A stretch of 64,000 bases of DNA from Dehalococcoidia bacterium (GTDB lineage: Bacteria; Chloroflexota; Dehalococcoidia; Plut-88900): positions 608,001 to 672,000 of the forward strand of contig OZ240215.1 of the NCBI GenBank assembly GCA_965197585.1. Direction: 5' to 3'. Made by a program: the position numbers and the translations under genes. Shown here piece by piece: positions 18,738-29,063 of this stretch. Each line of letters opens with the position of its first letter. Within the stretch, counting starts at the first letter, position 1. The notes below the pieces were generated by a model. It did no database searches and was not told the origin of the DNA. It saw only the letters and a list, made by a program, of their open reading frames with translations.

Positions 18738-20168
18738 ATGCTCGACTTAGTGGTCCGTGGCGGTACCGTCGTTGCCCCGTGGGGCGTAGGCCCGTGGGAC
18801 GTGGCCGTGAAGGATGAGCGCATAGTCGCGGTCTCGGAACCCGGGACGCTGGCCCAGGATGTGGGCAGGGTCATCGACGCCCGCGGCAAGATCGTTGTGC
18901 CCGGCGGCGTCGAGCCTCACGCTCATTGCTCCTGGACCGTACCTACTTTGGCTCACGAAGGTGTCAGCACCGGCAGCATCGAGGACGTCAGCCGGGCCTG
19001 TCTGTTCGGCGGCACCACCACGCTGGTCGATTTCGCATACTGGGAGCCGGGGGAGGACCTGTTCGAGACCCTGGAAAAGAAAGAGGCCATATTCAAGGGG
19101 AACAGCCACGTCGATTACTCCTATCACGTCTCTCTTTACTCGACCAAGGGAGACCTGCCTTTCAGCGTGATGGAACAGATTGGGGAGGTGATCGATGCGG
19201 GGTATCCCAGCTTCAAGGTCTGGACCACCAACACCACCCCCCACCGCCCCAAACAGATGACCGACATCGGTCATCTCGCCGAGATTATGGGCCACGTGGG
19301 TCGGGGCGGGGGCATGATGCTCGTCCATGCCGAGGACGAGGACATAGTGATGTTTATGTATAAGAAGCAGGCCCACCTCGGCCAGGTGCACCGCAAGTAC
19401 ATGCACCACGTTCACAACAACATGTCTGAAGACATATCTTTCAGAAGGGTTATCAGGCTGTCCGAGTGGATGGACTGTGCCCTATACCTCGTCCACGTAA
19501 GCGCCAAGGAAGGAGTGGAAGCTATAGCCGAGGCCCGGACCAAGGGGTTGCCGGTCTACGGTGAGACCCTGCACCACTACGCTTCCTTCAACCACAAGGA
19601 CTACGAAAGGCCAGACGGCGCCCTTTACCATACCTACCCTTCGCTGAAGACCGAGGCGGACCAGACGGCCTTGTGGGAAGGACTGATTAACGGCGAGCTG
19701 TCGACTCTTGCCACTGATGAGCTTTGGACCAGCAAGACCCACAAGCTCCGAGGCCAGACTATCGAGGACACGACTGGAGGCAGCGAGGGTGTCGAGTCCC
19801 GGATGGGCATCGGGTACAGCGAGGGGGTGGTGAAGCGTGGCATGAGCCTGGAACGGTACGTGGACATAACGTCGGCGAATGCGGCAAGGCTGCTCGGGCT
19901 CTACCCGAGAAAGGGTGCCCTGAGCCCCGGCAGCGACGCTGACATTGCCATAATAGACCCCGACTACAACAAGACACTTGAGCTTTCCGACCTGCATGGC
20001 GCCGACTACAGCATCTGGGTGGGATGGGAGGTGCGTGGGTGGCCGGTAATGACCATCCTTCGGGGAGAGGTTGTAGTTGAGGATGGCAAGCTTTTCGGGA
20101 CGAAGGACAGGGGCCTGCTTCTCCCTCGAAAGATAGACGGGCGGGTAGTAGCTAGTCCCGTGTGTTAA
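18738..20168 (+). CDS. Cyclic amidohydrolase (dihydropyrimidinase/hydantoinase-like)
   Basis: PGGVEPHAH, GGTTT, SFK, VHAE, VHVS, ATD, NAARLLGLYPRKG..PGSDADI. Confidence 0.9.
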   Translation: MLDLVVRGGTVVAPWGVGPWDVAVKDERIVAVSEPGTLAQDVGRVIDARGKIVVPGGVEPHAHCSWTVPTLAHEGVSTGSIEDVSRACLFGGTTTLVDFAYWEPGEDLFETLEKKEAIFKGNSHVDYSYHVSLYSTKGDLPFSVMEQIGEVIDAGYPSFKVWTTNTTPHRPKQMTDIGHLAEIMGHVGRGGGMMLVHAEDEDIVMFMYKKQAHLGQVHRKYMHHVHNNMSEDISFRRVIRLSEWMDCALYLVHVSAKEGVEAIAEARTKGLPVYGETLHHYASFNHKDYERPDGALYHTYPSLKTEADQTALWEGLINGELSTLATDELWTSKTHKLRGQTIEDTTGGSEGVESRMGIGYSEGVVKRGMSLERYVDITSANAARLLGLYPRKGALSPGSDADIAIIDPDYNKTLELSDLHGADYSIWVGWEVRGWPVMTILRGEVVVEDGKLFGTKDRGLLLPRKIDGRVVASPVC

Positions 20169-20222
20169 GTAGAATATCTACTGGGTTGTGTACGATCTCA
20201 GACTTCACGTAAGGAAATAACC

Positions 20223-20615
20223 ATGACAGACCAATCCGGCGCGATAGCTGCCTTAACCCACGTTGGCATTGATGTTTCCGATCTTGAGCGGGCCGAGGCT
20301 TTCTATTCGGCCTTGCTAGGTGTTGAGCGATACGCTGCATGGGACCAGTTCATCGCCTTCACGCCGGTTCCCAACGGTATGATCGTCTACCTTCAGCAAG
20401 TCCCGGAGAAGAAGACCGCCAAGACCCGGGTTCACTTCGATCTGACGGTGCCCGACGTTAAGGCGGCTGTGCCCAGGGTCCAGGCCCTGGGTGCCAGGCT
20501 TCTGAATGAGGAATACGGGGAACCAACGGACGGGCTGGCCGTCTTCGCCGATCCGGATGGCAATGAGTTCTGCCTGTTGAACTTCGACCTGGATAGCAAA
20601 GCCTCGAAAGACTGA
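20223..20615 (+). CDS. VOC/glyoxalase family protein
   Basis: HVGIDVSD, FYSALLG, QQVPEKK..KTRVHFD, ADPDGNEFC. Confidence 0.9.
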   Translation: MTDQSGAIAALTHVGIDVSDLERAEAFYSALLGVERYAAWDQFIAFTPVPNGMIVYLQQVPEKKTAKTRVHFDLTVPDVKAAVPRVQALGARLLNEEYGEPTDGLAVFADPDGNEFCLLNFDLDSKASKD

Positions 20616-20652
20616 GTTTATGGACATTCAATACTCATTAGGAGTTGTATAA

Positions 20653-21015
20653 ATGACAGAACAGAATGCGCCGCTGGGAGTATTGACCCAAGTGGGTATA
20701 GACGTTTCCGATCTGGCCCGCGCGGAGGCCTTTTATTCGGCTTTGCTTGGCGTTAAACGTAATGCGGCGGATGATCGATACCTCAACTTCGAACCTCTAC
20801 CCGGTGGTCTGACGATTTATCTTCAACGAGTCCCCGAAAAAAAGTCCAGCAAGACTCGCCTACACATGGACATTGTTGTAAAGGACACTCCTGCGGCCTT
20901 GGCCACTGTCGAGGCTCTGGGAGGCAATCGACTGGAGTCTTTCTTGGAAGAGGGAGAGGGTTGGACGGTAGTCGCAGATCCGGACGGCAATGAGCTCTGC
21001 CTGCTGCAGGGCTAG
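20653..21015 (+). CDS. VOC/glyoxalase family protein (tandem paralog)
   Basis: QVGIDVSD, FYSALLG, QRVPEKK..KTRLHMD, ADPDGNELC. Confidence 0.9.
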   Translation: MTEQNAPLGVLTQVGIDVSDLARAEAFYSALLGVKRNAADDRYLNFEPLPGGLTIYLQRVPEKKSSKTRLHMDIVVKDTPAALATVEALGGNRLESFLEEGEGWTVVADPDGNELCLLQG

Positions 21016-22049
21016 GAAGCGTATTCCCGGAAAACCGACTCAACGATGTCCAGGGCCTGGTCAATATCCTCGGGGCCGATGCCGTTGTGAGTGACGAACC
21101 GCCACGTTCTGTCGCTCGTGCCACCCTTGATCCCGAGGCTCTCTAGCCTGGACGCAATATCGGACGGAGGCCCATCCACTACCTTGAAGTAGACCTGGTT
21201 GGTCGGATATTTCTCCGGGTCAATGTCTATGCCAGGAATTTGGCTCAGGCCCCGAGCCAGGCGTCGGGCGTTGGAGTGGTCTTCGGCCAACCGTTCGATC
21301 ATGCTCTCCAGCGCCACGATGCCCGCTGCGGCTATAACTCCCACCTGCCTCATCCCACCACCCAGGGTCTCCCGCCAGTATCGCGCCTGGTTGATGAACT
21401 CGGCGCTGCCGCAGAGCATCGAGCCGATGGGACAGCTCAGTCCCTTCGATAAGCAGAAGCTCACCGAATCCGCATCCTTCACCAGCTCGGAGGTCGGAGT
21501 CTCCAGATAGACCGACGCGTTGAATATCCGCGCACCGTCCATGTGGAGCGGGAGCCCATGACGCCGTGCCACCGATGCCACCTCCCCGATCTCGTCCTGG
21601 GTCAGTACAGACCCGCCGCAGAAGGTGTGAGTGTTCTCCAGGGCAATCAGGCCGGTTGGTGGGTCATGGGGATCGTCGGGGCGGATGGCTTGTTCGACCT
21701 CGTCAAGGTCCAGGGTGCCTCGTTCTCCATTGGGAAGCGTCTGGATGTGGACGTTCCCGAGGCCCGAAGCGCCGCCCCCCTCCTCCAGGAAGATGTGGGA
21801 CTGGTCTCCTACTATAAGCTCATCGCCCCTGTTGCAGTGGGTGAGAATGGCCACGAGGTTGCTCATGGTGCCCGAGACGGTGAAGAGAGCAGCCTCTTTG
21901 CCGAGCTTCTCGGCGGCGAGGGCTTCCAGACGGTTGACCGTCGGGTCGTCGCCGTACTCATCATCCCCTAGCTCCGCGTTGAGCATGGCGTCGTACATCT
22001 CGGGGGTGGGGTGGGTTACGGTGTCGCTGCGTAAGTCGATGATACGCAT
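21012..22049 (-). CDS. ltaE: Low-specificity L-threonine aldolase
   Basis: IDLRSDTVT, SGTMSN, ENTH, HMDGARIFNA, CLSKGL (PLP Lys), GGGMRQ. Confidence 0.95.
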   Translation of the reverse strand: MRIIDLRSDTVTHPTPEMYDAMLNAELGDDEYGDDPTVNRLEALAAEKLGKEAALFTVSGTMSNLVAILTHCNRGDELIVGDQSHIFLEEGGGASGLGNVHIQTLPNGERGTLDLDEVEQAIRPDDPHDPPTGLIALENTHTFCGGSVLTQDEIGEVASVARRHGLPLHMDGARIFNASVYLETPTSELVKDADSVSFCLSKGLSCPIGSMLCGSAEFINQARYWRETLGGGMRQVGVIAAAGIVALESMIERLAEDHSNARRLARGLSQIPGIDIDPEKYPTNQVYFKVVDGPPSDIASRLESLGIKGGTSDRTWRFVTHNGIGPEDIDQALDIVESVFREYAS

Positions 22050-22054
22050 GGCTG

Positions 22055-22984
22055 CTAGAGCTTGGGGATGATGTCCTTGGCCAGCCTCTCGGCGTGCTCT
22101 TTCAGGTCGAACACGGGGTTGAACATAATAATGTCCGGGTCTTCTTCCATGACCCGGCCCAGACCGTCGATGACTTCCTCCTCGGACCCGAACACCGAGA
22201 CCTTACGGGCCCTTGCTGCGTCGTGGTAGTAACCGTCGAACCACTCTTCCAGCTTTCGTGCGGCCCTTTCCTTATCGTTGTCGATTGCCAGGTAGACCCG
22301 CTTCCCGAGGGGGAATGTTCCCGGGTCCCGGCCCACCTCTGCCATGTATGAGCGGATGTGAGCGATGGACCTCTTGAAGGCATTGGTAGTCGATGACCCA
22401 GCCCCCATCCACCCGTCTCCGATCCTCACTGCACGTTCCAGTGCGGGCTCGGCGTGGGCGCCGAACCAGATTGGGGGTCGGGGGGACTGGAGGGGTTTGG
22501 GGTTAATGCTCACGTTTTGCAGGTCCCAAAAGCGGTCTTTGAAGGTGACCTGGGGCTCGGTCCAGAGGCGTTTGAGCAGCGCGACGGTGTGCTCAAACCG
22601 GGTGACGCGGTGCTTGTCGTCGAACCCAAAGGCAGGGTACCTCTCTTCGTGGTTACCTATTCCAACTCCCAGCATAAGACGTCCGCCCGACAACTGGTCC
22701 AGACTGGCCGATATTTTGGCCAGGTGGACGGGATTCTGGAATGGCAGCACCAGCACCGAAATACCGAGGCCAACCCTCTCAGTGACTGTAGATGCGTAGG
22801 CAAGCAGGGTGAACGGGTCCAGGGTGTCCATAGTCCCGAGGACCGAGTCCTGGGTCCATACGCTATCGTAGCCGAGGGACTCGACGAGCCTAAGATGCTC
22901 TTCGACGAAGACCATGTCTACGGGCCCGTATGGGAACATCTGGGGCACGGCGATGCCCACCTTGGTTTTTTTGCCAGCAAGCAT
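22055..22984 (-). CDS. LLM-class flavin/F420-dependent oxidoreductase
   Basis: GYDSVWT, PVHLAK..ASLDQLSGGR, PKPLQ.PRPPIWFG, GDGWMGAG. Confidence 0.92.
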   Translation of the reverse strand: MLAGKKTKVGIAVPQMFPYGPVDMVFVEEHLRLVESLGYDSVWTQDSVLGTMDTLDPFTLLAYASTVTERVGLGISVLVLPFQNPVHLAKISASLDQLSGGRLMLGVGIGNHEERYPAFGFDDKHRVTRFEHTVALLKRLWTEPQVTFKDRFWDLQNVSINPKPLQSPRPPIWFGAHAEPALERAVRIGDGWMGAGSSTTNAFKRSIAHIRSYMAEVGRDPGTFPLGKRVYLAIDNDKERAARKLEEWFDGYYHDAARARKVSVFGSEEEVIDGLGRVMEEDPDIIMFNPVFDLKEHAERLAKDIIPKL

Positions 22985-23036
22985 GATTGGACGCCTCCCA
23001 AAGGGTTTCGAGGCTATTGTACAGGACTGGGAAGGG

Positions 23037-24170
23037 CTAGGAGTTGGCCCAGGGGTCGGGGCAATCGGCGAAGCGGGACAGGCTGAACGGTTCTATCGGG
23101 AGTCGGGGCTCGTTTCCGACTATTGAGTCGGCGATCATTTCACCGGACATGGCAGCAAGGGTAATACCCTTTCGCATGTGCCCCGCCGAGATGAAAGCGC
23201 CATCAAGACCGGGGACCGGGCCCAGGATTGGGATTTCGTCCGGGGTTGCGGGCCGGAGCCCCGTTATCACCCAGGAGATTGATGCCTCCTCCATGGCCGG
23301 ACATACCTTGAGAGCTCCTTCCAGGACGTGTTCCACTCCTTCTTGAGACACCGACTTGTCGTAGCCCCGAAAACCGTCGTAGCTGCCGGACAGAATCGTT
23401 CCATTGAGCTTGGAGGTGACATAGGAGCGGCCGTGGTGGATGTTGGCCCCGAGCGGCGGGCCCGGCGCTTGAAGCTCGACCATCTGGCCCTTGTACGGCC
23501 TTATGGGTACTGGAGTGTCGATCCAATCGGAGGCTTCGGAGGTCCATGCACCCATCGCCAGCACTACCGCCCCACAGGCCACAACATCCTCGTCGGTGAT
23601 GATTCCCGTCACCCGAGTCCCATTCTTTTCCAACCCCTTAACGTCGGTGTAGCGGACCTCCACGCCGAGGGATTCGGCAGCGCCGATGTAAGCTAGTGTG
23701 AGCCTGTAGGCGTCGGCCTGGTTCAGTTCCTCAAGGTAGAGCCCGCTCCTGGCTTCGCGTGTTATACGGGAGTCGATTCGGTAAAGGTCGTCGTCCGTCA
23801 CCCACGATACCTTGGGCATGAGATTGCGCCTCCACTCCATGTTGGCGCGGTTCGCTGCCTCGTCTTCCTCGGTGAAGGCCAGGTCCAGCCAGGAGATTTC
23901 CCCGTAGTAGGTGTGTACGCCGGAAGCCTCTTCCATCTCCGGGATCAGTGTCTTGTACTTTTCGAAGGAGGTTCGGGCGAGTTCAAGGTAGGGGCCCGGG
24001 GTGTCGATGGACATGGCCGAGATCATGCCGGTGGCTACACCGGACGCTTCACACCCGATCGACTCCCGTTCGAATATGGTGGACTTTACGCCCAGCTTGG
24101 CGAGATGGTAGGCGATAGAACCGCCCATGATCCCCCCGCCGACTATGGCTACATCTGTTGAGTTGGTCAT
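23037..24170 (-). CDS. thiO: Glycine oxidase ThiO-like FAD oxidoreductase (copy 2)
   Basis: IVGGGIMG, ASG.ATG, AMGAW, PYKGQ, GLRP.TPD..PILG, GHMRKGITLA; thi operon context. Confidence 0.8.
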   Translation of the reverse strand: MTNSTDVAIVGGGIMGGSIAYHLAKLGVKSTIFERESIGCEASGVATGMISAMSIDTPGPYLELARTSFEKYKTLIPEMEEASGVHTYYGEISWLDLAFTEEDEAANRANMEWRRNLMPKVSWVTDDDLYRIDSRITREARSGLYLEELNQADAYRLTLAYIGAAESLGVEVRYTDVKGLEKNGTRVTGIITDEDVVACGAVVLAMGAWTSEASDWIDTPVPIRPYKGQMVELQAPGPPLGANIHHGRSYVTSKLNGTILSGSYDGFRGYDKSVSQEGVEHVLEGALKVCPAMEEASISWVITGLRPATPDEIPILGPVPGLDGAFISAGHMRKGITLAAMSGEMIADSIVGNEPRLPIEPFSLSRFADCPDPWANS

Positions 24171-24388
24171 TGGGACCTCGGGCCGGCGCCCCCGGCCACC
24201 ATGTGCACTATTTCCAGCTTGTCGCCGTCCTGAAGGGTAATCCCCTCCCAGCGGTCTCGCTTGATGATTTCACCGTTGTATTCGATGACTATCATGCGCG
24301 GCTCAATCTTGTGTGACGCCAGATAACCCAGGAGGTCGACGGGCGTATCCACCTCTCGGCGTTTTCCGTTTACAAGGAGAGTTGACAT
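24167..24388 (-). CDS. thiS: Sulfur carrier protein ThiS
   Basis: VNG, IEYNGEII, GDKLEIVHMVAGG followed by a 7-aa extension (AGPRSQ after GG is 6 aa by eye). Confidence 0.93.
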   Translation of the reverse strand: MSTLLVNGKRREVDTPVDLLGYLASHKIEPRMIVIEYNGEIIKRDRWEGITLQDGDKLEIVHMVAGGAGPRSQ

Positions 24389-24399
24389 AGGTCCGGCTA

Positions 24400-25551
24400 T
24401 CAGTGGACGGCCCCGAAGCGGTCCCTGACCATTACCGTTGTGACGCCTTCGAACCTGTCCAGCCGGAAGGGATGAAGATCGAGCCGGGGTTTACCGTCGT
24501 TGATGAGCTGGGACATCACTTCGCCGGTAATTGCACTGAGAGTGATGCCGAGGCGCTGGTGCCCTGTGGCTATGTATGCACCCTCGATGGATGGCACGGC
24601 ACCGAGGATCGGGAGCCAGTCTGCGGAGGCGGGCCGCAGGCCGGTGACGTGGCTTACCACCTTGCTCTCCAGAATGCCGGGACATAGGCTCAGGACGCCC
24701 TCGGAGATCTTGACGATGCCCTGCTCGTGGATGGTGGTGTCGAAACCCATAAAGCCGTCGTAGGTTCCGGTGATAACCGTGCCGCCGAGCTTCGGGGCTA
24801 CGTACCGGTCAACGTGGTGGATCATGCAGGGGAGTGGGGTGCCCGGTATCTCGACGTGAATGGTCTGCCCCTTCAGAGGCTCCACGGGGACGTCCATGCC
24901 GATCCATTCCTCGATGCGCTTGCTCCAGGAGCCGATGGCCAGGACTACGGTGTCCGAGTCTATGGGCCCCAGAGAGGTGTCCAGCCCCTTGACCCGACCT
25001 GCCTCGGTCCTGAGCCCCGTGACTTCACCATACCGGATGGTGACGCCGAGGGCCTCGGCGGCCTGGGCGAAGGCGAGAGTCAGCCGGTAGGCGTCCACCT
25101 GTGCCTGCCCGCCGATGTAGATGCCGCCGATGGCATCCTGAGTTACGCGGGACTCAAGCTCTCTCAAGTCCGACTCGGAGAGCCAGGATGCGACGGGACT
25201 GCTAAGCACCTCGGAGAAAGCTTCCTTGAGTTCCGACTCTTCGTCGTCGGAGCAGGCAATTTCCGTCCAGGCGAAGTCCCCGTACTGTGCATCGATCTTG
25301 GAAAGCTCTTGTACCTCGGGAATGATCTCCTTATGGCGCTTGCAGCTCTCCTCGATAAGACGGGTGAAGGGCTCCGGGGCTCCGGCCTCTTTCAGGGCAA
25401 CCAGCAGGCCGGTTGCGGCCCCAGAGGCCTGGCTCCCTATGGACTCCCGTTCGATTATGGTGCTCTTGATGCCCAGTTGAGCGAGATGATAGGCGATGGA
25501 GCAGCCGATTATTCCACCACCGGCTATCAGCACGTCGGATGAATTGGCCAC
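24400..25551 (-). CDS. thiO: Glycine oxidase ThiO-like FAD oxidoreductase (copy 1); start GTG 25551
   Basis: IAGGGIIG, ASGAATG, PLKGQ, GLRPASAD..PILG, GHQRLGITLS; GGAGG RBS. Confidence 0.82.
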   Translation of the reverse strand: MANSSDVLIAGGGIIGCSIAYHLAQLGIKSTIIERESIGSQASGAATGLLVALKEAGAPEPFTRLIEESCKRHKEIIPEVQELSKIDAQYGDFAWTEIACSDDEESELKEAFSEVLSSPVASWLSESDLRELESRVTQDAIGGIYIGGQAQVDAYRLTLAFAQAAEALGVTIRYGEVTGLRTEAGRVKGLDTSLGPIDSDTVVLAIGSWSKRIEEWIGMDVPVEPLKGQTIHVEIPGTPLPCMIHHVDRYVAPKLGGTVITGTYDGFMGFDTTIHEQGIVKISEGVLSLCPGILESKVVSHVTGLRPASADWLPILGAVPSIEGAYIATGHQRLGITLSAITGEVMSQLINDGKPRLDLHPFRLDRFEGVTTVMVRDRFGAVH

Positions 25552-25638
25552 GGAGACCTCCCTGTAGGGACTATTCGGGCGGCGAGGCCCGCTAAAACAA
25601 AGTCGGCGCCATGATAGCACCTTCGGCAGGAAATGGGC

Positions 25639-26418
25639 TTAGCGTACAACCCCTTCCAGGGGACTGCTGGCCGAGGCATATTCTCTCTTGGGCATGCGTC
25701 CGGCAAGGAAAGCGCCTCGGCCCGCCTGGACGGCCTGGGCCATGGCCTCGGCCATCAAGGCCGGGTTTCCGGCCTGGGCCACGGCGGTGTTTACAAGGCA
25801 CGCATCAGCTCCCATTTCCATTGCAATAGCTGCATCGGAGGGAGCGCCAATACCCGCATCCACCACCACGGGCACCGTGGCCTGCTCGATGATAATCTTT
25901 ATCTGGTCGAAGGTGACCATCCCTTGCCCCGAGCCTATGGGCGAGGCCAATGGCATCACCGTGGCCGTGCCCACTTCCTGAAGACGCTTGGCGAGTACCG
26001 GATCGGCGTTGATATATGGCAGGACCACAAAACCTTCGTCGACGAGGACTCGGGCGGCTTCAAGAGTGCCGATTGGGTCGGGTAGGAGATATTTGGAGTC
26101 GGGGATAACCTCCAGCTTTACCAGGTCGGAAAGGCCCATGGCCCTGGCCAGGCGAGCAGTCCTGATAGCCTCCTCGGCGGTCCGGGCCCCGGCTGTGTTG
26201 GGCAGGATTACGTACTTGTTCCAGTCAATGTAGTCGAGGAGCGTCTTCTGTGATGGGTCGTCCAGGTCTAGCCTGCGAAGGGCAACCGTAATCATCTCCG
26301 CCCCCGAGGCTTCGAAGGAAGCGTTCATCTCCTCATAGTTGCGGTATTTCCCCGTACCCAGGATGAGCCGGGACTTGAAAGTCCGCTCCCCGATTGTCAG
26401 GGTGTCGTCCCTTTTCAA
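25639..26418 (-). CDS. thiG: Thiazole synthase ThiG; start TTG 26418
   Basis: [44 protein letters not shown]. Confidence 0.97.
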   Translation of the reverse strand: MKRDDTLTIGERTFKSRLILGTGKYRNYEEMNASFEASGAEMITVALRRLDLDDPSQKTLLDYIDWNKYVILPNTAGARTAEEAIRTARLARAMGLSDLVKLEVIPDSKYLLPDPIGTLEAARVLVDEGFVVLPYINADPVLAKRLQEVGTATVMPLASPIGSGQGMVTFDQIKIIIEQATVPVVVDAGIGAPSDAAIAMEMGADACLVNTAVAQAGNPALMAEAMAQAVQAGRGAFLAGRMPKREYASASSPLEGVVR

Positions 26419-26456
26419 TTCTGCACCCTCCCCTAATGGGCCGTGTCTTGGCCCTA

Positions 26457-26490
26457 TAACAAAAATGCCGCCTACTGGAGGCGGCATTTG
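26457..26490 (-). terminator. Intrinsic terminator (riboswitch expression platform)
   Basis: Minus strand AAATGCCGCCT-ccagt-AGGCGGCATTT followed by a T-run, between the aptamer and thiG. Confidence 0.8.
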
Positions 26491-26500
26491 CGTCCGATAC

Positions 26501-26593
26501 CCGTCCCTCCGCTGGCATTACCCAGTTCAGGTCATAGGGGTCGGCGGCATCTATTGGGCCGCCCTCTCAGCCTGGCTCTCCAAGCTCCCCTTG
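26501..26593 (-). ncRNA. TPP riboswitch
   Basis: Minus strand GGGG...GCTGAGAG...ACCC..GACCTGAACTGGGTAATGCCAGCGGAGGGA; upstream of thiG. Confidence 0.96.
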
Positions 26594-26748
26594 TTTTGAT
26601 TTCCTTTGATGAAAAGTCTAGGGTCAGCCGTCTTTATTGTCAAATGAAGGGAGGAGGATAAACGGCATTGATGGTAGTATAACCGAGACCCGGCTTTCTC
26701 AGATGGCGGGAGTATGTAATCCGCACCCGTCTGTATTAGGAGTGTGAC

Positions 26749-27954
26749 ATGACTGCCTCTCATCCTGACTACGAATCCCTATTCGCCTCAACAACTCCCC
26801 CCAAGCCCGACGCCGTTAACCCGTTGTCGCTGCGCTTCAAGTATGACTTTGCCATAGCCTTCGCCGATGGAGATACGTTCCCAGCGGAAGATCTAGTACG
26901 CGCTTTGCAGAAGGGGTTGGATGAGGAGGCGAAAGACTTGGCCATCTACCCTCATCCCCAGGGACATCCGGGCATGCGTCGCTTGGTCGCAGAGAACCTG
27001 TCGCGGAACAGGGGGATGAAGGTCGAGGCGGAGGGTGTCACGCTGACTGCCGGTTCCATGCAGGCCCTGGTCCTGCTCAATGAACTGTTCCTCGACCCCG
27101 GCGACACGGTCCTGACTGACGAATTTATATACAACGGCACTATCCGGGTGATGCGTCGCTTCCAGGCCAACATCGTTGAAGTGAGTGGAGATGACGAGGG
27201 AATGCACCCCCATCTGCTGGAAGAGAAGATAGTGGAGCTGAAGGCTGCCGGGGAACGAGTCAAATACATTTACACCGTTCCGACCTTCCAGAATCCGACA
27301 GGCCAGGACATGGGCGCCGAGCGCCGGGCCCAAATCCTGGACGTTGGACGGAGACACGGCGTACCTATATTCGAAGACGATTGCTACGCGGACTTGCGGT
27401 TCGAGGGCGAGAACAAGCCCGCCATCCACTCGATGGACGATACGGGGTCGGTGATGTACTGCGGGTCTTCGTCCAAGATAATCGGGCCGGGGATGCGGTT
27501 GGGTTGGATAGTAGCGCCGCCGGAGATCACCGAAAGGGTGGGCACTCTCCAGCAAGGTGCAACCCCGAGCCAGTTCTCTATCCTGGCTGCACTCCACTAC
27601 CTGGAAGAGCACCGGGACGAGCATGTAAATGAAGTGTCGCAGCTGTACAAGTCCCGGAGAGACGTAATGCTGGCGGCCATCGGCGAGGGTTTCGGGCCCG
27701 CGGTGAAGTGCTCTCACCCGCCGGGCGGAATGTTCATCTGGCTTCGCTTCCCGGAACGGACCGACGTGATGCCGCTTTTGGAAAAGGCGAAAGAGCACGG
27801 AATCAGGTTTGGCCCGGGCCCCATATTTTCCCCGTCCGGGAAGGGTAGGAATTTCCTGAGACTTGCTTTCGGCCACCAGGATGAAGGGACGATTCGGGAG
27901 GGCATCTCCCGGCTCGCGACCGTATTCGAAGAGGCCGGAGCCCTTAGCGCTTAG
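26749..27954 (+). CDS. PLP-dependent class I/II aminotransferase (2-aminoadipate transaminase-like)
   Basis: TAGSMQAL, YTVPTFQNPTG, EDDCY, SSSKIIGPGMRLGW, GGMFIW. Confidence 0.92.
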   Translation: MTASHPDYESLFASTTPPKPDAVNPLSLRFKYDFAIAFADGDTFPAEDLVRALQKGLDEEAKDLAIYPHPQGHPGMRRLVAENLSRNRGMKVEAEGVTLTAGSMQALVLLNELFLDPGDTVLTDEFIYNGTIRVMRRFQANIVEVSGDDEGMHPHLLEEKIVELKAAGERVKYIYTVPTFQNPTGQDMGAERRAQILDVGRRHGVPIFEDDCYADLRFEGENKPAIHSMDDTGSVMYCGSSSKIIGPGMRLGWIVAPPEITERVGTLQQGATPSQFSILAALHYLEEHRDEHVNEVSQLYKSRRDVMLAAIGEGFGPAVKCSHPPGGMFIWLRFPERTDVMPLLEKAKEHGIRFGPGPIFSPSGKGRNFLRLAFGHQDEGTIREGISRLATVFEEAGALSA

Positions 27955-27986
27955 CCCTTCTCTAGACCCGTTTTGTAGGAGCCGCC

Positions 27987-28961
27987 ATGAAGCTCATGAT
28001 CAACGTGCGCCTGGAAGAGAATGTCGTCGTTACGGAAGGCTTCACCCAAGAGCACCTGAATAAAATCCAGGCCGTTTCGGAAGATCTAGACATAGTAGTT
28101 CCCCAGACTGTCGAGGAAACTCAGTCCGAGATACGTGACACGGAGATAGTGTTCGGAGACTTCTCCCCGGCCATGTTCGCCGACGCGCACTATCTTCGCT
28201 GGGTCCAGTCCATAGGCTCGGGCATCGACGGTGTGCTCTTCGACGATTTCGTGGAAAGCGATATCATCCTTACCAGCGCCAAGGGGACCGTCGGCATTCA
28301 CTTGGCCGACCATGCATGGGCCTTGATCCTGGCTCTTACCCGTGGCATACACACCGCTCTCAGGGAGAAGACGTGGAGTGTCCGAATGCCCATCCGAGCC
28401 CGGTCATGGGAGCTGGCGGGCATGACCCTTGGGGTATTTGGGCTTGGAGGCACGGGTGTCGAGGTGGCGCGTCGGGCCCAGGGGTTCGGGATGCGAACTC
28501 TCGCCCTGGACTCGGAAAATGTGAATAAGCCATCCTTCGTGGAGGATGTCTGGCCCCTTGACCGGTTCTACGACCTGCTTGAGGTGTCGGACATCGTGGT
28601 AATCTGCCTACCCCTAACTCCTGAGACGAGGGGTGTATTTAATGCCAAGGCCTTTTCCCACATGCGCAATCATGCCCTGCTAATAAACGTGACCCGGGGC
28701 AACATAGTCGATGGGCCGTCGCTGCTGGAAGCGCTGGAGAAGGGTGCAATAGGGGGCGCGGGCCTCGACACGTCCCCCGGCGAACCCCTCTCCGACGACC
28801 ATCCTCTGTGGAACATGGAGAACGTGGTGGTTACTCCCCACACGGCGGGTGGGTCTCCGGTCCGTGTTGCACGCATAGTGGACGTCTTTTGCGACAACTT
28901 GTCCCGGTATCTGGAAGGTCGGCCTCTCACGGGAGTTATAGACAAGCGCAAGGGGTTCTAG
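27987..28961 (+). CDS. D-2-hydroxyacid dehydrogenase
   Basis: GLGGTG, PLTPET, INVTRG, GAGLD...EPL, TPHTAG. Confidence 0.92.
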   Translation: MKLMINVRLEENVVVTEGFTQEHLNKIQAVSEDLDIVVPQTVEETQSEIRDTEIVFGDFSPAMFADAHYLRWVQSIGSGIDGVLFDDFVESDIILTSAKGTVGIHLADHAWALILALTRGIHTALREKTWSVRMPIRARSWELAGMTLGVFGLGGTGVEVARRAQGFGMRTLALDSENVNKPSFVEDVWPLDRFYDLLEVSDIVVICLPLTPETRGVFNAKAFSHMRNHALLINVTRGNIVDGPSLLEALEKGAIGGAGLDTSPGEPLSDDHPLWNMENVVVTPHTAGGSPVRVARIVDVFCDNLSRYLEGRPLTGVIDKRKGF

Positions 28962-29063
28962 TCCCGTCCTCTTTTTATTTCTATTCCTTGACTGAAAAAT
29001 TACGCTGGTGCATCATTTGACTGTGCGTCCCAGGCAATCATTATTCTGATGGAGGTAGGGCCG

